A stretch of DNA of 32,000 nt from an archaeon. Its GTDB lineage: Archaea; Asgardarchaeota; Thorarchaeia; Thorarchaeales; Thorarchaeaceae. Below, piece by piece: positions 16,196 through 25,256 of this stretch. The position numbers and the translations under genes are program-made. The DNA lies in the NCBI GenBank assembly GCA_024275415.1, contig JAJRZD010000025.1:30001-62000 (forward strand). The letters run 5' to 3'. The stretch's first letter is position 1, and the number at the start of each line of letters is the position of its first letter. The notes under the pieces were generated by a model. It had not been told where the DNA came from, made no database searches, and worked only from the letters and a program-made list of their open reading frames with translations.

Positions 16196-17899
16196 ATGGC
16201 AAAAGAATCCCTAGAGAAAGAATTGGAACATATGTTCAGAGAAGATCTTGTCGTTGCCTGCCAATATTGGGATATAGATATCAGCAATAGTTCGTCAGGG
16301 AAGGAACTCACAGTGCTCCTGGCAAAAAAAATGAAGCAAAAGGAATCCCGTGAGAGAATATTCTCAAGCTTTACTGACCAAGAAAAGGATCTACTAGGTC
16401 TCCTGACATTGAGCGGGGGAGCGATGAGCTATGATAGACTAAAGCCATTTCGTAAGATATACAGCTATGGACAGCTGAATCAGACAGAAAGGGATCTCAG
16501 GAAAAAAGGGTTGATCATCCGAAGAATGATGTCACGTCTCACCGAGTTCGGACGTGAAGTCGCAGAATTCAAGATTCTCGATTTCTTCATCCCACACCTG
16601 AAGAAATACTTCTCCGCAAAACCCGAGCTAACAAAAGAGAAGCCAAAGAAAGCTCGTAATTTGGTGAACGAACGCGATTCGCTCTTGCTCGACACATTGT
16701 TACTGACATCATACATCGCAAAGAATGAAGTCAAGATGACCAGCTCATGGGAGTTTCCGAAGAGGGAGATTGAACACATAAAGAAAGGCATGTCAAAAGC
16801 TCGCGATGATAGGTTCGAGCTTGTACAGCGGATTGCACGGAAAGCAGGCGCGTATGAGATTGTCGAGAAGGATAGGGTTGTTCAGGGCAAAGTGAAAGAT
16901 CTTTTTGCAGGAACACAAGAACAGGTAGCCACAAAGTTCCTGTTGTCGGCTGTGGGTAGGACACGAGCTATCTGGGCGACTCCCGACCAGCCTACAGAGT
17001 ACACTCTCAATCTAATCATCTGCCGCCTCCGAGAGGCCAACACAAAGGATTGGATCAGTGTAACGGAGATGCGTGACTGGATTCGAAGCGAACTCTTCAT
17101 AGACGGGCAACCACTGAAATGGATACAAATCACAGATGAGCGGGTGAGTATCGCCCTAGAAACACCAATCCTGCTGGGTCTAGTAGAAGGGGCATATAAA
17201 GGGAAAAATCTTCTAGCTGTGCGTCTTACCGACATTGGTGGTGCCGTCATTGCGGGACTTCCAAGGGAAGAAGTGTCAGGTCAGGAAACATTCATCGTTC
17301 TTCCAAACTTTGAAGTGACGGTGTTCTCAGCAGAAATGGACTATTACAAATTATATCGACTCATGCTCATCACAGAGCCCATCAAGACCGACGTTGTAAG
17401 TACATTCAAACTCACAGAATCGTCAATATTCCATGCAGTCGAACTTGGATATCGAGAGAATGATATCATCGCATTCTTAGAAAGTGAGAGCTCAAAGCCA
17501 ATTCCCGCGAACGTCATCAGATCGATAAAGGATTGGACTTCACAGACCACCTTTGCTACGTTATCTGTGGTCACCCTATTTGAAACCGAGTCAGTGCAGG
17601 AAATGGAGAACCTTCTCTTGATGCCTGACTTCAATAGGCACCTTGTAAAACGGGTTGGACCTACGGCGGTCATCATAAAAGGGGACATTGAGGAGTTCAT
17701 CGATGAGATGCAAAAGCACAAGTGTCATGTAACTCGATCTGATGTCCAAGAGAGGGAAGATGAAGAAGCTTCAAGCACTCGTGTTTCTGAGCAGGCATTG
17801 CTATATGGTGATAGTCATGGTGCGGAAATCCCTGACAATTGTTCAGGATGTCCAGCATTCCAATCATGTAATAGGGTGTTGAAGAGAAAGACAATATAG
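16196..17899 (+). CDS. XPB-associated protein with an XPB/Ssl2 N-terminal-like domain (p52/Tfb2-like architecture)
   Basis: N-terminal helical/wHTH region, then FIVLPNFEV...TFKLTESSIFHAVELG...LESESSKPIPANVIRSIKDW, which aligns to the XPB N-terminal domain. C-terminal CxxCx5C. Confidence 0.8.
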   Translation: MAKESLEKELEHMFREDLVVACQYWDIDISNSSSGKELTVLLAKKMKQKESRERIFSSFTDQEKDLLGLLTLSGGAMSYDRLKPFRKIYSYGQLNQTERDLRKKGLIIRRMMSRLTEFGREVAEFKILDFFIPHLKKYFSAKPELTKEKPKKARNLVNERDSLLLDTLLLTSYIAKNEVKMTSSWEFPKREIEHIKKGMSKARDDRFELVQRIARKAGAYEIVEKDRVVQGKVKDLFAGTQEQVATKFLLSAVGRTRAIWATPDQPTEYTLNLIICRLREANTKDWISVTEMRDWIRSELFIDGQPLKWIQITDERVSIALETPILLGLVEGAYKGKNLLAVRLTDIGGAVIAGLPREEVSGQETFIVLPNFEVTVFSAEMDYYKLYRLMLITEPIKTDVVSTFKLTESSIFHAVELGYRENDIIAFLESESSKPIPANVIRSIKDWTSQTTFATLSVVTLFETESVQEMENLLLMPDFNRHLVKRVGPTAVIIKGDIEEFIDEMQKHKCHVTRSDVQEREDEEASSTRVSEQALLYGDSHGAEIPDNCSGCPAFQSCNRVLKRKTI

Positions 17900-17914
17900 A
17901 TTGGGGGGTTCAGA

Positions 17915-18949
17915 ATGACGAAAGCCATCCTACCTCACGAACTAAGAGGACGATTTCTAGGCGTTGGAAGTGTTGTTGAGGAATGGGAAGGAGAAGCGTC
18001 GGAGTACATCCCAAAGATCTCTTTACCTTATGCATATCAAAGACCTGCCAGGCCGGAAGAGGATATGATTCGTCAATTTGGGAGTGTGCTTACGGGATTC
18101 GAGGAGAAGGGCACATTCGTCTTTGAAACAGGATTTGACGAGTATCAAAATATGATCCGAGGCGAGGAGGACATACTTCCTGCCGAACAGTATTTTGAAT
18201 CACTTTACAAGTTACCGAAACACGGACCGTTCAAATATCTGAAAACTCAGGTGACATCACCAGCCACCATGTGTTACAGCATACGAGGGGAAGATGGACG
18301 ACAGCATCTCACACCTCAAATGTTCAGGTTCTTCTCATCACTCATCTCTCGAATAATGAAGGGCTTTGTTGCTCACTTTGCCGAATCCGTGGAAACTCTC
18401 ATGGTCTGTCAGGATGATCCTGCATTTGGGTTTGTGAAAGACATGATCGAATCGGAGAATGCTCCGGGGCTCTCCGCTCATCAGGTTATGAGAGTGATTG
18501 ACCGAATATTCCCTTCGGAAGTAATCCCTGCTTACCACTACTGCTACGATTGGAGAGTATTGATGGATAAAGGTAGGCACCTGATATGGCAAAGTAAGCC
18601 AAAGGTCGTCCACATTGATACAATAAACTATCCTCCTGAAATAGATGCCGGGCAAGGTGAACTTATCAACAAATTCCTACAGGCAGGAGGGGGCATCGCA
18701 CTTGGAGTCATCGCGAACGTGGACAGTGCATTCACAGAGCTGGTCATCTCATACTACGAAAAATCGCTCAAAAAGACGATTTCCTTATTTGTAAGGGCCG
18801 GCGTAAATATTGACCTGCTGAAAGAGAACACAATGGTTTCCACTCAATGTGGTCTTTCAGGAGCGACCCCAAATCTATCGCGTCAAATCCATTCCCATGA
18901 TCAGACATATTCTGAGATACTGGAACAAATATACAACTCGTTCCAATGA
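17915..18949 (+). CDS. Single-barrel core cobalamin-independent methionine synthase-like methyltransferase (MetE/URO-D fold)
   Basis: KTQVTSPAT, CQDDP, HYC (HxC zinc motif), GGGIALGVI and STQCGL (third zinc ligand). Confidence 0.7.
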   Translation: MTKAILPHELRGRFLGVGSVVEEWEGEASEYIPKISLPYAYQRPARPEEDMIRQFGSVLTGFEEKGTFVFETGFDEYQNMIRGEEDILPAEQYFESLYKLPKHGPFKYLKTQVTSPATMCYSIRGEDGRQHLTPQMFRFFSSLISRIMKGFVAHFAESVETLMVCQDDPAFGFVKDMIESENAPGLSAHQVMRVIDRIFPSEVIPAYHYCYDWRVLMDKGRHLIWQSKPKVVHIDTINYPPEIDAGQGELINKFLQAGGGIALGVIANVDSAFTELVISYYEKSLKKTISLFVRAGVNIDLLKENTMVSTQCGLSGATPNLSRQIHSHDQTYSEILEQIYNSFQ

Positions 18950-19203
18950 CTGTCCCTCGTTGAATGGAGTGAGAAATACCGTTCATTGTAAATTATACAG
19001 GCTTGGACACTAGAGTGTTGTACTCCCATGACACGACACGGAGTATGCCCTGTAGGGTTCTACGCATATCATGGATGACCTTACTGAGCATGACTCGCCA
19101 AAACTATATGAACACCCACAACAAGATGTCTAGGTTTTGTGTGCCTGTTAGCAACCCTTAAGTGGGGGAGTCATAGCGCTTGCTGGAAAGGCAGGTGTGA
19201 ATA

Positions 19204-20049
19204 GTGGAAAAAGAAAGCAATCAGCCAGGACCCATTATGAGATTCATCCAGGATTACCGTCTGAAGATGCTTGTTCCAGAATTGCTTGTAGTGTTTGGCG
19301 TCTGGTACATGTTACCTGATTCGCTGACTACGAATGTCTATCTGATATACATGGATTTCCTAGGGCCGCTGGTATATGCCTTGCAACCGCTGTTCTTCAT
19401 TCCTAGTGGAATATTGGCATTCCTTACAGCATTCACATTGCACGGGATATACCCCCTTGATAACTATCATGAAGGAAAGATCCCTGACCTCCCGAGGGGT
19501 GCTGTCATAATGATCATCATCTCGTTCATCTTTCTCCCATGGTTGGTCTTGATGCAGATGATCGGCTACTACATGACAGAAGCGACAGAGTACATCAGCA
19601 GGAACCCATTCTGGGAGCGAGTGGAGAGCTTTGGCGATCTGCTTTTCTATGCAGGAGCCATGTTCTTCGTCGGGCTGCAATGGTGGCTTCTCATCCCAGT
19701 GTTCTTCCTTAGTCAGGGAGTCGATGGGATACACAAGATTGCTCACCATGAAACATCCAGTGAGAAGATAACATGGATATTCTATTTCCTCTGGCCTATC
19801 ACTATACCCATCTTCTTCCAACCAGTAGAAATCTTTGCAATGGCGGCAATCTCAATCCCGGCATTTGCATTCTACGGGTATATTAGGCCATATTATACCT
19901 ATGTCAACGCCGTTCATACTCTGACCTTTGCAGCACTGGTCATTGTATCTCTCGTGCTTGCACCCTACTTGCCCCTCCTGAATGTGTGGCTTCCAGGGAG
20001 TATCCCTGAGATAATGCCACCTAGAATATTCCCAGATATTGGATGGTGA
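19204..20049 (+). CDS. Polytopic membrane hypothetical protein
   Basis: About 7 hydrophobic segments. GGTGTGA upstream of the GTG start. Confidence 0.75.
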   Translation: MEKESNQPGPIMRFIQDYRLKMLVPELLVVFGVWYMLPDSLTTNVYLIYMDFLGPLVYALQPLFFIPSGILAFLTAFTLHGIYPLDNYHEGKIPDLPRGAVIMIIISFIFLPWLVLMQMIGYYMTEATEYISRNPFWERVESFGDLLFYAGAMFFVGLQWWLLIPVFFLSQGVDGIHKIAHHETSSEKITWIFYFLWPITIPIFFQPVEIFAMAAISIPAFAFYGYIRPYYTYVNAVHTLTFAALVIVSLVLAPYLPLLNVWLPGSIPEIMPPRIFPDIGW

Positions 20050-20074
20050 CAGGAGTAGTAGAACCTTTGCTGAA

Positions 20075-20380
20075 CTACTCAGCAAAGGTGGGCTTTCTTG
20101 TTGCAGCTTCCTCGTCTTCCTCTCGAAGCTTGTGCTGGAATGGCCTACCTTGTCCATAGATGGCAGGGTCATCATGCTGTGTCTTCTTCATGATAATGAC
20201 AAAACCGAAGACTTGAAAGATGAGAGAGCCTATGGCAATCAGCGCGACGTCGTAGAAATAGAGATGGCTCACAAAGTCTGCAGGCTTTGACAAAGCAATG
20301 AAAGGATAGATGATTGCTTGGAGTACCAGTCCTGCAATATACATGAGAATCCATTTGTTCGTCCAATTTTTAATGGCCAT
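20075..20380 (-). CDS. Small 2-TM membrane protein
   Basis: Two TM segments and a charged tail. Last gene of the minus-strand membrane trio. Confidence 0.65.
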   Translation of the reverse strand: MAIKNWTNKWILMYIAGLVLQAIIYPFIALSKPADFVSHLYFYDVALIAIGSLIFQVFGFVIIMKKTQHDDPAIYGQGRPFQHKLREEDEEAATRKPTFAE

Positions 20381-20451
20381 CGAAGATCAATCCTTTGTGT
20401 GAGTTTGGTCAACGTCTAGCTGTTCCCAATTAAAGATGTCTGTGGGGAAAC

Positions 20452-21375
20452 TCACTCACTAGAACCTATACCTAGATCAAACATCACATCATCAAGAACC
20501 TCATTCTCGGGCGACACTAATGAATACCACTTCACGACTTCCCGTACCATGTCGATGATATCATCCGATGTAGGTCGTGCCTTCTTAGGAATCTTTGGGA
20601 ATCCCTCATGCTCCATCTCATTGTGAACCCATGCATACGAGATAGCGCCATCCTGTGTCACGCTACATAACAATGTCGCAACACTTTCGAGACCTTCAAT
20701 CTTGGCTGCAAGTAAGGGCTCACGGATAGTGTAGTATCCTGACCAGTAGCCAATGCGAACGCATACTCCAATCCATGACAGTGCAGGGATATCGCTCAAT
20801 AAGCGGAGTCCTCTTCGGATAGGTTTGTGCGGGTATAGAGGAAACTCGTGATTCAGCGGGCCCGGGATTATCGCAAAGAATAAGGAAGTATAAAGGATTC
20901 CGAGGAGGATGGTCAGCAATCCAAACAGTTGAGGGAGAAAGACTAGGATCGGGAATAGAAGGGAATCCAAGATAAAGGGCAGACTCATGGAGAAGACCAA
21001 GACCATTGCCACAAGAACCACTCGTTCGAGCGCGAACCGCGATGTGAAAAGCGTATAATTGCTTCGATAGTCCTTGCTGATAGTTCGAAACTCGCTGAAC
21101 GAAATGTACTGGTCTTTGAACTCCCATTCAGGCTCCGTAATCTCAAGAGACCACTTCATTCGCCAGATAGTCGCTGCAAGGGGAAGAGGATAGATTAGGA
21201 GAAGAGGGACTGACACCGAAAGCCAAGAGGTGGAATCACTGACGAGGATGCCAAATAGCATGAAAAGTATCTCGATTGACAGGACTGCCCAGAGGATGAT
21301 TATTGAGAACAGGAGCACCGCATAGTACCATGGCAGACTAAGGTCATTCTCGATGGGCTCATTCATGGAACTCAT
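20452..21375 (-). CDS. 4-TM membrane protein with a C-terminal soluble domain (paralog of the upstream gene)
   Basis: TM pair, WRMK..EPEWEF, TM pair, then GYYTIREPLLAAKIEGLE. Confidence 0.75.
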   Translation of the reverse strand: MSSMNEPIENDLSLPWYYAVLLFSIIILWAVLSIEILFMLFGILVSDSTSWLSVSVPLLLIYPLPLAATIWRMKWSLEITEPEWEFKDQYISFSEFRTISKDYRSNYTLFTSRFALERVVLVAMVLVFSMSLPFILDSLLFPILVFLPQLFGLLTILLGILYTSLFFAIIPGPLNHEFPLYPHKPIRRGLRLLSDIPALSWIGVCVRIGYWSGYYTIREPLLAAKIEGLESVATLLCSVTQDGAISYAWVHNEMEHEGFPKIPKKARPTSDDIIDMVREVVKWYSLVSPENEVLDDVMFDLGIGSSE

Positions 21376-21389
21376 GAGCCTATCAGGAG

Positions 21390-22400
21390 TTATGAACTCT
21401 GTGGTTCCACACCAAGAGCATCCAATATCTCAAGCAGGTGTTCATGCGGTTCTCGTACTTTGAGCCATTCTAGTATCAGGATTGCAACTGCGTTTTGAGT
21501 GACAAGCCTGACGTCCTTGACCCCAAGTTCTTCAATGTTCGACGGTACGGGGTTTTTGACATAGTAGCTTTCATCAGACTCTCCAATGTATTTCCTGAAC
21601 CACCTATCAAGGTTCTGCCACCACCACACGACCTCTGGCCTTTCGTCACTTTCGAGTATTCGTATCATCATCTTGTCAACAGAGCCAAACTCCTCAGTCC
21701 ATGACTCGATATAAGAGCCCTTCTCAATCCCAGAAACTCGGATGACCACCCGGGGGTTCCTGTAGACCACGTATCCCTGATGCTCTGCTTTCTCCAGCAC
21801 GATGCGGACATGGGAGATACCCTCTACCTTAGATTGAGTGTGTGCAAGCTTGAGCGTTTCGTGCAATAGAGGCAATCTGAAGTCATGGGATGCCTCAGTC
21901 GAAGTTGAACGCCATCCTCCAAGCACAGATACAGTGAATATCAGGTTCGTCAAAAGTATGTACGATAAGGGGACGAATGACCGGAATGTAGAATCAACGA
22001 AAATCGTGTAAAAGGGAAAAATGATCAAAATAATTGTCAGGATGATTGGAGTGTAATAATACCAGAGGTACGGGACTGCGACGATTCGCCCGTACTTTTT
22101 CCGATATGCCCTAGAAAGCCGTCCTGCATCTTCAAGTCGCAGGGGTATGGTTTCGAACTTCCATTTGAATGGATGGTACTCGATGTTGGTCCGTTTGGCT
22201 CGCCAGCTCAAATAGTATCCCAAAAAGGAGAGGAAGAATGGTATGCAGACCCCGATGAAAAGGTATAGCGATAAATCGAACGTGGAAAAATCGTATCCAA
22301 TGACAACACTCAAACCAATGATCTGAACAAGCAAGAATGAGAAGAGGAGGAACAGATAGTAACGTGTGAGTGGTCTGTACTGAACAAGATCTTCCATCAT
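21390..22400 (-). CDS. 4-TM membrane protein with a C-terminal soluble domain
   Basis: TM pair, WRAK..PFKWKF, TM pair, then GYVVYRNPRVVIRVSGIE. Start set at ATG 22400 (GGCGGTG upstream). Confidence 0.75.
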   Translation of the reverse strand: MMEDLVQYRPLTRYYLFLLFSFLLVQIIGLSVVIGYDFSTFDLSLYLFIGVCIPFFLSFLGYYLSWRAKRTNIEYHPFKWKFETIPLRLEDAGRLSRAYRKKYGRIVAVPYLWYYYTPIILTIILIIFPFYTIFVDSTFRSFVPLSYILLTNLIFTVSVLGGWRSTSTEASHDFRLPLLHETLKLAHTQSKVEGISHVRIVLEKAEHQGYVVYRNPRVVIRVSGIEKGSYIESWTEEFGSVDKMMIRILESDERPEVVWWWQNLDRWFRKYIGESDESYYVKNPVPSNIEELGVKDVRLVTQNAVAILILEWLKVREPHEHLLEILDALGVEPQSS

Positions 22401-22520
22401 TACACCGCCGTACAGCCAGACTGCAAGCCCGACCACTTTAAGCCTTGTCGGTAGAATCATCATGTTGCACAACGCTTATATCCCATCAGTTATTAACAAT
22501 AGTGAATTTTGGTGATTGAT

Positions 22521-23003
22521 GTGCTGAAACAGGGAAACAAAGCTCCAGATTTTGAAACCACTGATGAGTCAGGCAATCCATTCAAGCTAAGCGAGTTCAG
22601 AGGGAGGAAGGTCATGTTATATTACTATCCAAAGGACAATACGAGCGGGTGTATCGCAGAAGCCTGTTCTATTCGTGATTCTTGGAATATGTTTGAAAAA
22701 AGTGACATTCCGGTCTTTGGAATATCAGGTGGCAGTGCGAAGAGCCATCAGGATTTCAAGAACAAGTTCGACCTACCATTCCCACTCCTCATGGACGAAA
22801 GCTTTGAGATTGCAAAGCTCTACGGGGTCTACAAGAAGAAAAAGATGTACGGCAAAGAGTACATGGGCATTGAACGTACAACATTCCTTATCGACGAGAA
22901 TGGGAACATAGAAGGAATATTTGGGGGATCTAGTGGAATCGAAAAGGTGAACACCAAGGAACATGCCAATCAGGTCATCAAGTTCTGGAATCTCAGAATC
23001 TAG
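22521..23003 (+). CDS. bcp: Peroxiredoxin, BCP/PrxQ family
   Basis: GNKAPDF, YYYPKDNTSGCIAEAC (peroxidatic and resolving Cys) and ERTTFLIDENG. GGTGA precedes GTG 22521. Confidence 0.92.
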   Translation: MLKQGNKAPDFETTDESGNPFKLSEFRGRKVMLYYYPKDNTSGCIAEACSIRDSWNMFEKSDIPVFGISGGSAKSHQDFKNKFDLPFPLLMDESFEIAKLYGVYKKKKMYGKEYMGIERTTFLIDENGNIEGIFGGSSGIEKVNTKEHANQVIKFWNLRI

Positions 23004-23014
23004 GGGTGATTTCT

Positions 23015-23491
23015 ATGAAACTCAAGATTGGCGACGAGGCACCGGACTTTGAAACCACAGATGAGAGTGGAAGCCCCTTCAAGTTAAGCGAACTGCGTGG
23101 CAAAAAGGTAGTGCTTTACTTCTATCCGCGTGATTTCACTCCTGGATGCACCAAACAGGCATGCTCGTTACGTGATGGCTACAGTCTCTTCGAGGGAAGA
23201 AATATCCCCATCTATGGAATATCGGGAGGAGGAGCAGAGATGCATCGGGAGTTCCGAAAGAAACATGGACTTCCCTTTCCAATCCTGATGGACAAGGATC
23301 ACGCCATCGCAGAACTCTATGATGCCAAGAGCAGGTTGAAGATTGCTGGGATAGGCACAAAGCGGATAACGTATCTCATCGACGAGAATGGCACAATCGA
23401 GGGGATATTCGGCGGCTCTACAGGGATTGACAAGGTAAAGACCAGCCAACACGCACAGCAGATTGCAGAGTTCTGGGGGCTTAGTCTTTAG
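23015..23491 (+). CDS. bcp: Peroxiredoxin, BCP/PrxQ family (tandem paralog)
   Basis: GDEAPDF, YFYPRDFTPGCTKQAC and RITYLIDENG. GGGGTGA precedes ATG 23015. Confidence 0.92.
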   Translation: MKLKIGDEAPDFETTDESGSPFKLSELRGKKVVLYFYPRDFTPGCTKQACSLRDGYSLFEGRNIPIYGISGGGAEMHREFRKKHGLPFPILMDKDHAIAELYDAKSRLKIAGIGTKRITYLIDENGTIEGIFGGSTGIDKVKTSQHAQQIAEFWGLSL

Positions 23492-23760
23492 CGCTCGAAA
23501 CCAAAAAGATGACTTTGGATATGAGGAGATGCATAACTGACACACGAATGCTTTATGGTTCGATGAACGAGTTTTCTGGCATGTGCATAGTATAACCGAT
23601 ATCATAAGCAATAACAATCCAGTGCCGTCCCCAGCCAGACCTATGAATTGAAACCGTTTTTGAACATTTGATGATACAATGCATAGTCTTTAATATGTAC
23701 ACTTTCCAGCTCGAACCCGTCTGGCAGGCATTCAGCCAGCAAGAATCTACAGGGGCAAAC

Positions 23761-25125
23761 ATGTTGACTTCTGATGACAAGACAGTTGAAGAACTGAAGA
23801 AGAAAGCCGAGAAACCAGGGAAAGATGCCATGGTACTGCACCCGTTCTATAGGGGAAAAATCCAGTCCATAGGCAAGGCACCAGTCCGGAGCTTTGATGA
23901 TTTTGCTATCTGGTACACGCCAGGGGTAGCCAAAGCTTGTTTAGCTATCAAGGAGGACGAGGAACAGTCTTATGAGATGCTAAACCGAGGGAATATGGTG
24001 GCTGTGGTAAGCGATGGGACGCGGGTTCTAGGTCTTGGAGATATTGGCCCATACGCGGCAGGCCCGGTGATGGAAGGAAAGGCAATCCTCTTCAAATACC
24101 TAGGAGGTGTTGACGCTTGGCCAATCTGTCTCGATACAAAGGACGCCGACGAGATCATCCGCACCGTTAAACTGTTACAGCCGACCTTTGGTGGAATCAA
24201 CTTAGAGGACATCTCCAAACCGAAATGCTACAGGGTGCTAGAAGAACTCAGGAATGACCCAGAGGTGAAAATCCCTGTCTGGCACGATGATGCTCAGGGA
24301 ACCGCGACTGTTGTGCTAGCAGGAGTCCTTGGAGGGCTCAATGTGGTCAAGAAAGACATCGAGAACATCAAGGTAGCACTTCTTGGAGTCGGAGCTGCAA
24401 ACACGAGAACCGCCTATCTTCTAGAGGCTGCAGGTGTAGACCTGAAGAACGTGGTCATGGTGGACAGCAAGGGGGCAATTTACAGTGACCGAGAGGACAT
24501 AGTCGCACAAAAGGATCATGACACCTTCAAGTACGACCTTGCACAAAAGACGAATCCCGACCGCATGACCGGAAACCTTGGTGATGTCATAGAGGGAGCT
24601 GATGTCCTTATCTCAGCATCAAGGCCTGTCCCAGGCACTATCAAAAAGGAATGGGTGTCCAAGATGGCCAGCGATGCAATCGTCTATGCCTGTGCGAATC
24701 CGCTCCCTGAAATCTGGCCATGGGATGCTCTCGACGCTGGTGCAAGGATTGTTGGTACTGGACGAAGCGACTTTGACAACCAGATTAACAATTCTCTAGG
24801 ATTCCCAGGAATCTTTCGGGGCACACTGGATGTGCGTGCACACACCATTACTGACGAGATGTGCGTGGCTGCAGCCCAAGCCCTAGCGGATCTTGGAGCA
24901 AAAGAAGCAAACGAAAAGAAGGTCATCCCGACGATGGATCAGTGGGAACTCTACCCTGCTGAGGCCACTGCGGTGGGAATGAAGGCGATCGAACAAGGAA
25001 TCGCAAGGGTCGAATGGGAAGAGAAGGATCTTTACAAACATGCAGAGAACATCATTCGCATCGCCCGAAGGGCCTCTGAGATGCTGTATGAGAAAGGATT
25101 CATTCCAAAGGCACCTCCAACTTAG
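23761..25125 (+). CDS. NAD(P)-dependent malic enzyme
   Basis: YTPGVA, VVSDGTRVLGLGDIG, VMEGKAILFK, NLEDI, HDDAQGTA, ANPLPEI, TGRSDFDNQINN and FPGIFRG. Start taken at ATG 23761. Confidence 0.96.
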   Translation: MLTSDDKTVEELKKKAEKPGKDAMVLHPFYRGKIQSIGKAPVRSFDDFAIWYTPGVAKACLAIKEDEEQSYEMLNRGNMVAVVSDGTRVLGLGDIGPYAAGPVMEGKAILFKYLGGVDAWPICLDTKDADEIIRTVKLLQPTFGGINLEDISKPKCYRVLEELRNDPEVKIPVWHDDAQGTATVVLAGVLGGLNVVKKDIENIKVALLGVGAANTRTAYLLEAAGVDLKNVVMVDSKGAIYSDREDIVAQKDHDTFKYDLAQKTNPDRMTGNLGDVIEGADVLISASRPVPGTIKKEWVSKMASDAIVYACANPLPEIWPWDALDAGARIVGTGRSDFDNQINNSLGFPGIFRGTLDVRAHTITDEMCVAAAQALADLGAKEANEKKVIPTMDQWELYPAEATAVGMKAIEQGIARVEWEEKDLYKHAENIIRIARRASEMLYEKGFIPKAPPT

Positions 25126-25256
25126 ACCAGTCATTGCTAAAGCGGCGCACTGTCGCCGCTCATTCTCTTTCTTCAACTAGACTAATCTGGTTGACAAATT
25201 AGATCCGTACTGTGATTTGCAGTAGTTCATGCAGTGTGTGAATGATCCAGTTCAGA

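Noticed and set aside
10711-17899. XPB and its putative partner are both exactly 567 aa (1704 nt)
   Set aside because: Similarity is limited to one ~85-aa domain at different positions in the two proteins. The equal length is treated as coincidence.
23553-23841. Short minus-strand ORFs and the 31-aa upstream extension of malic enzyme
   Set aside because: No coding signal. Family homology begins near ATG 23761.
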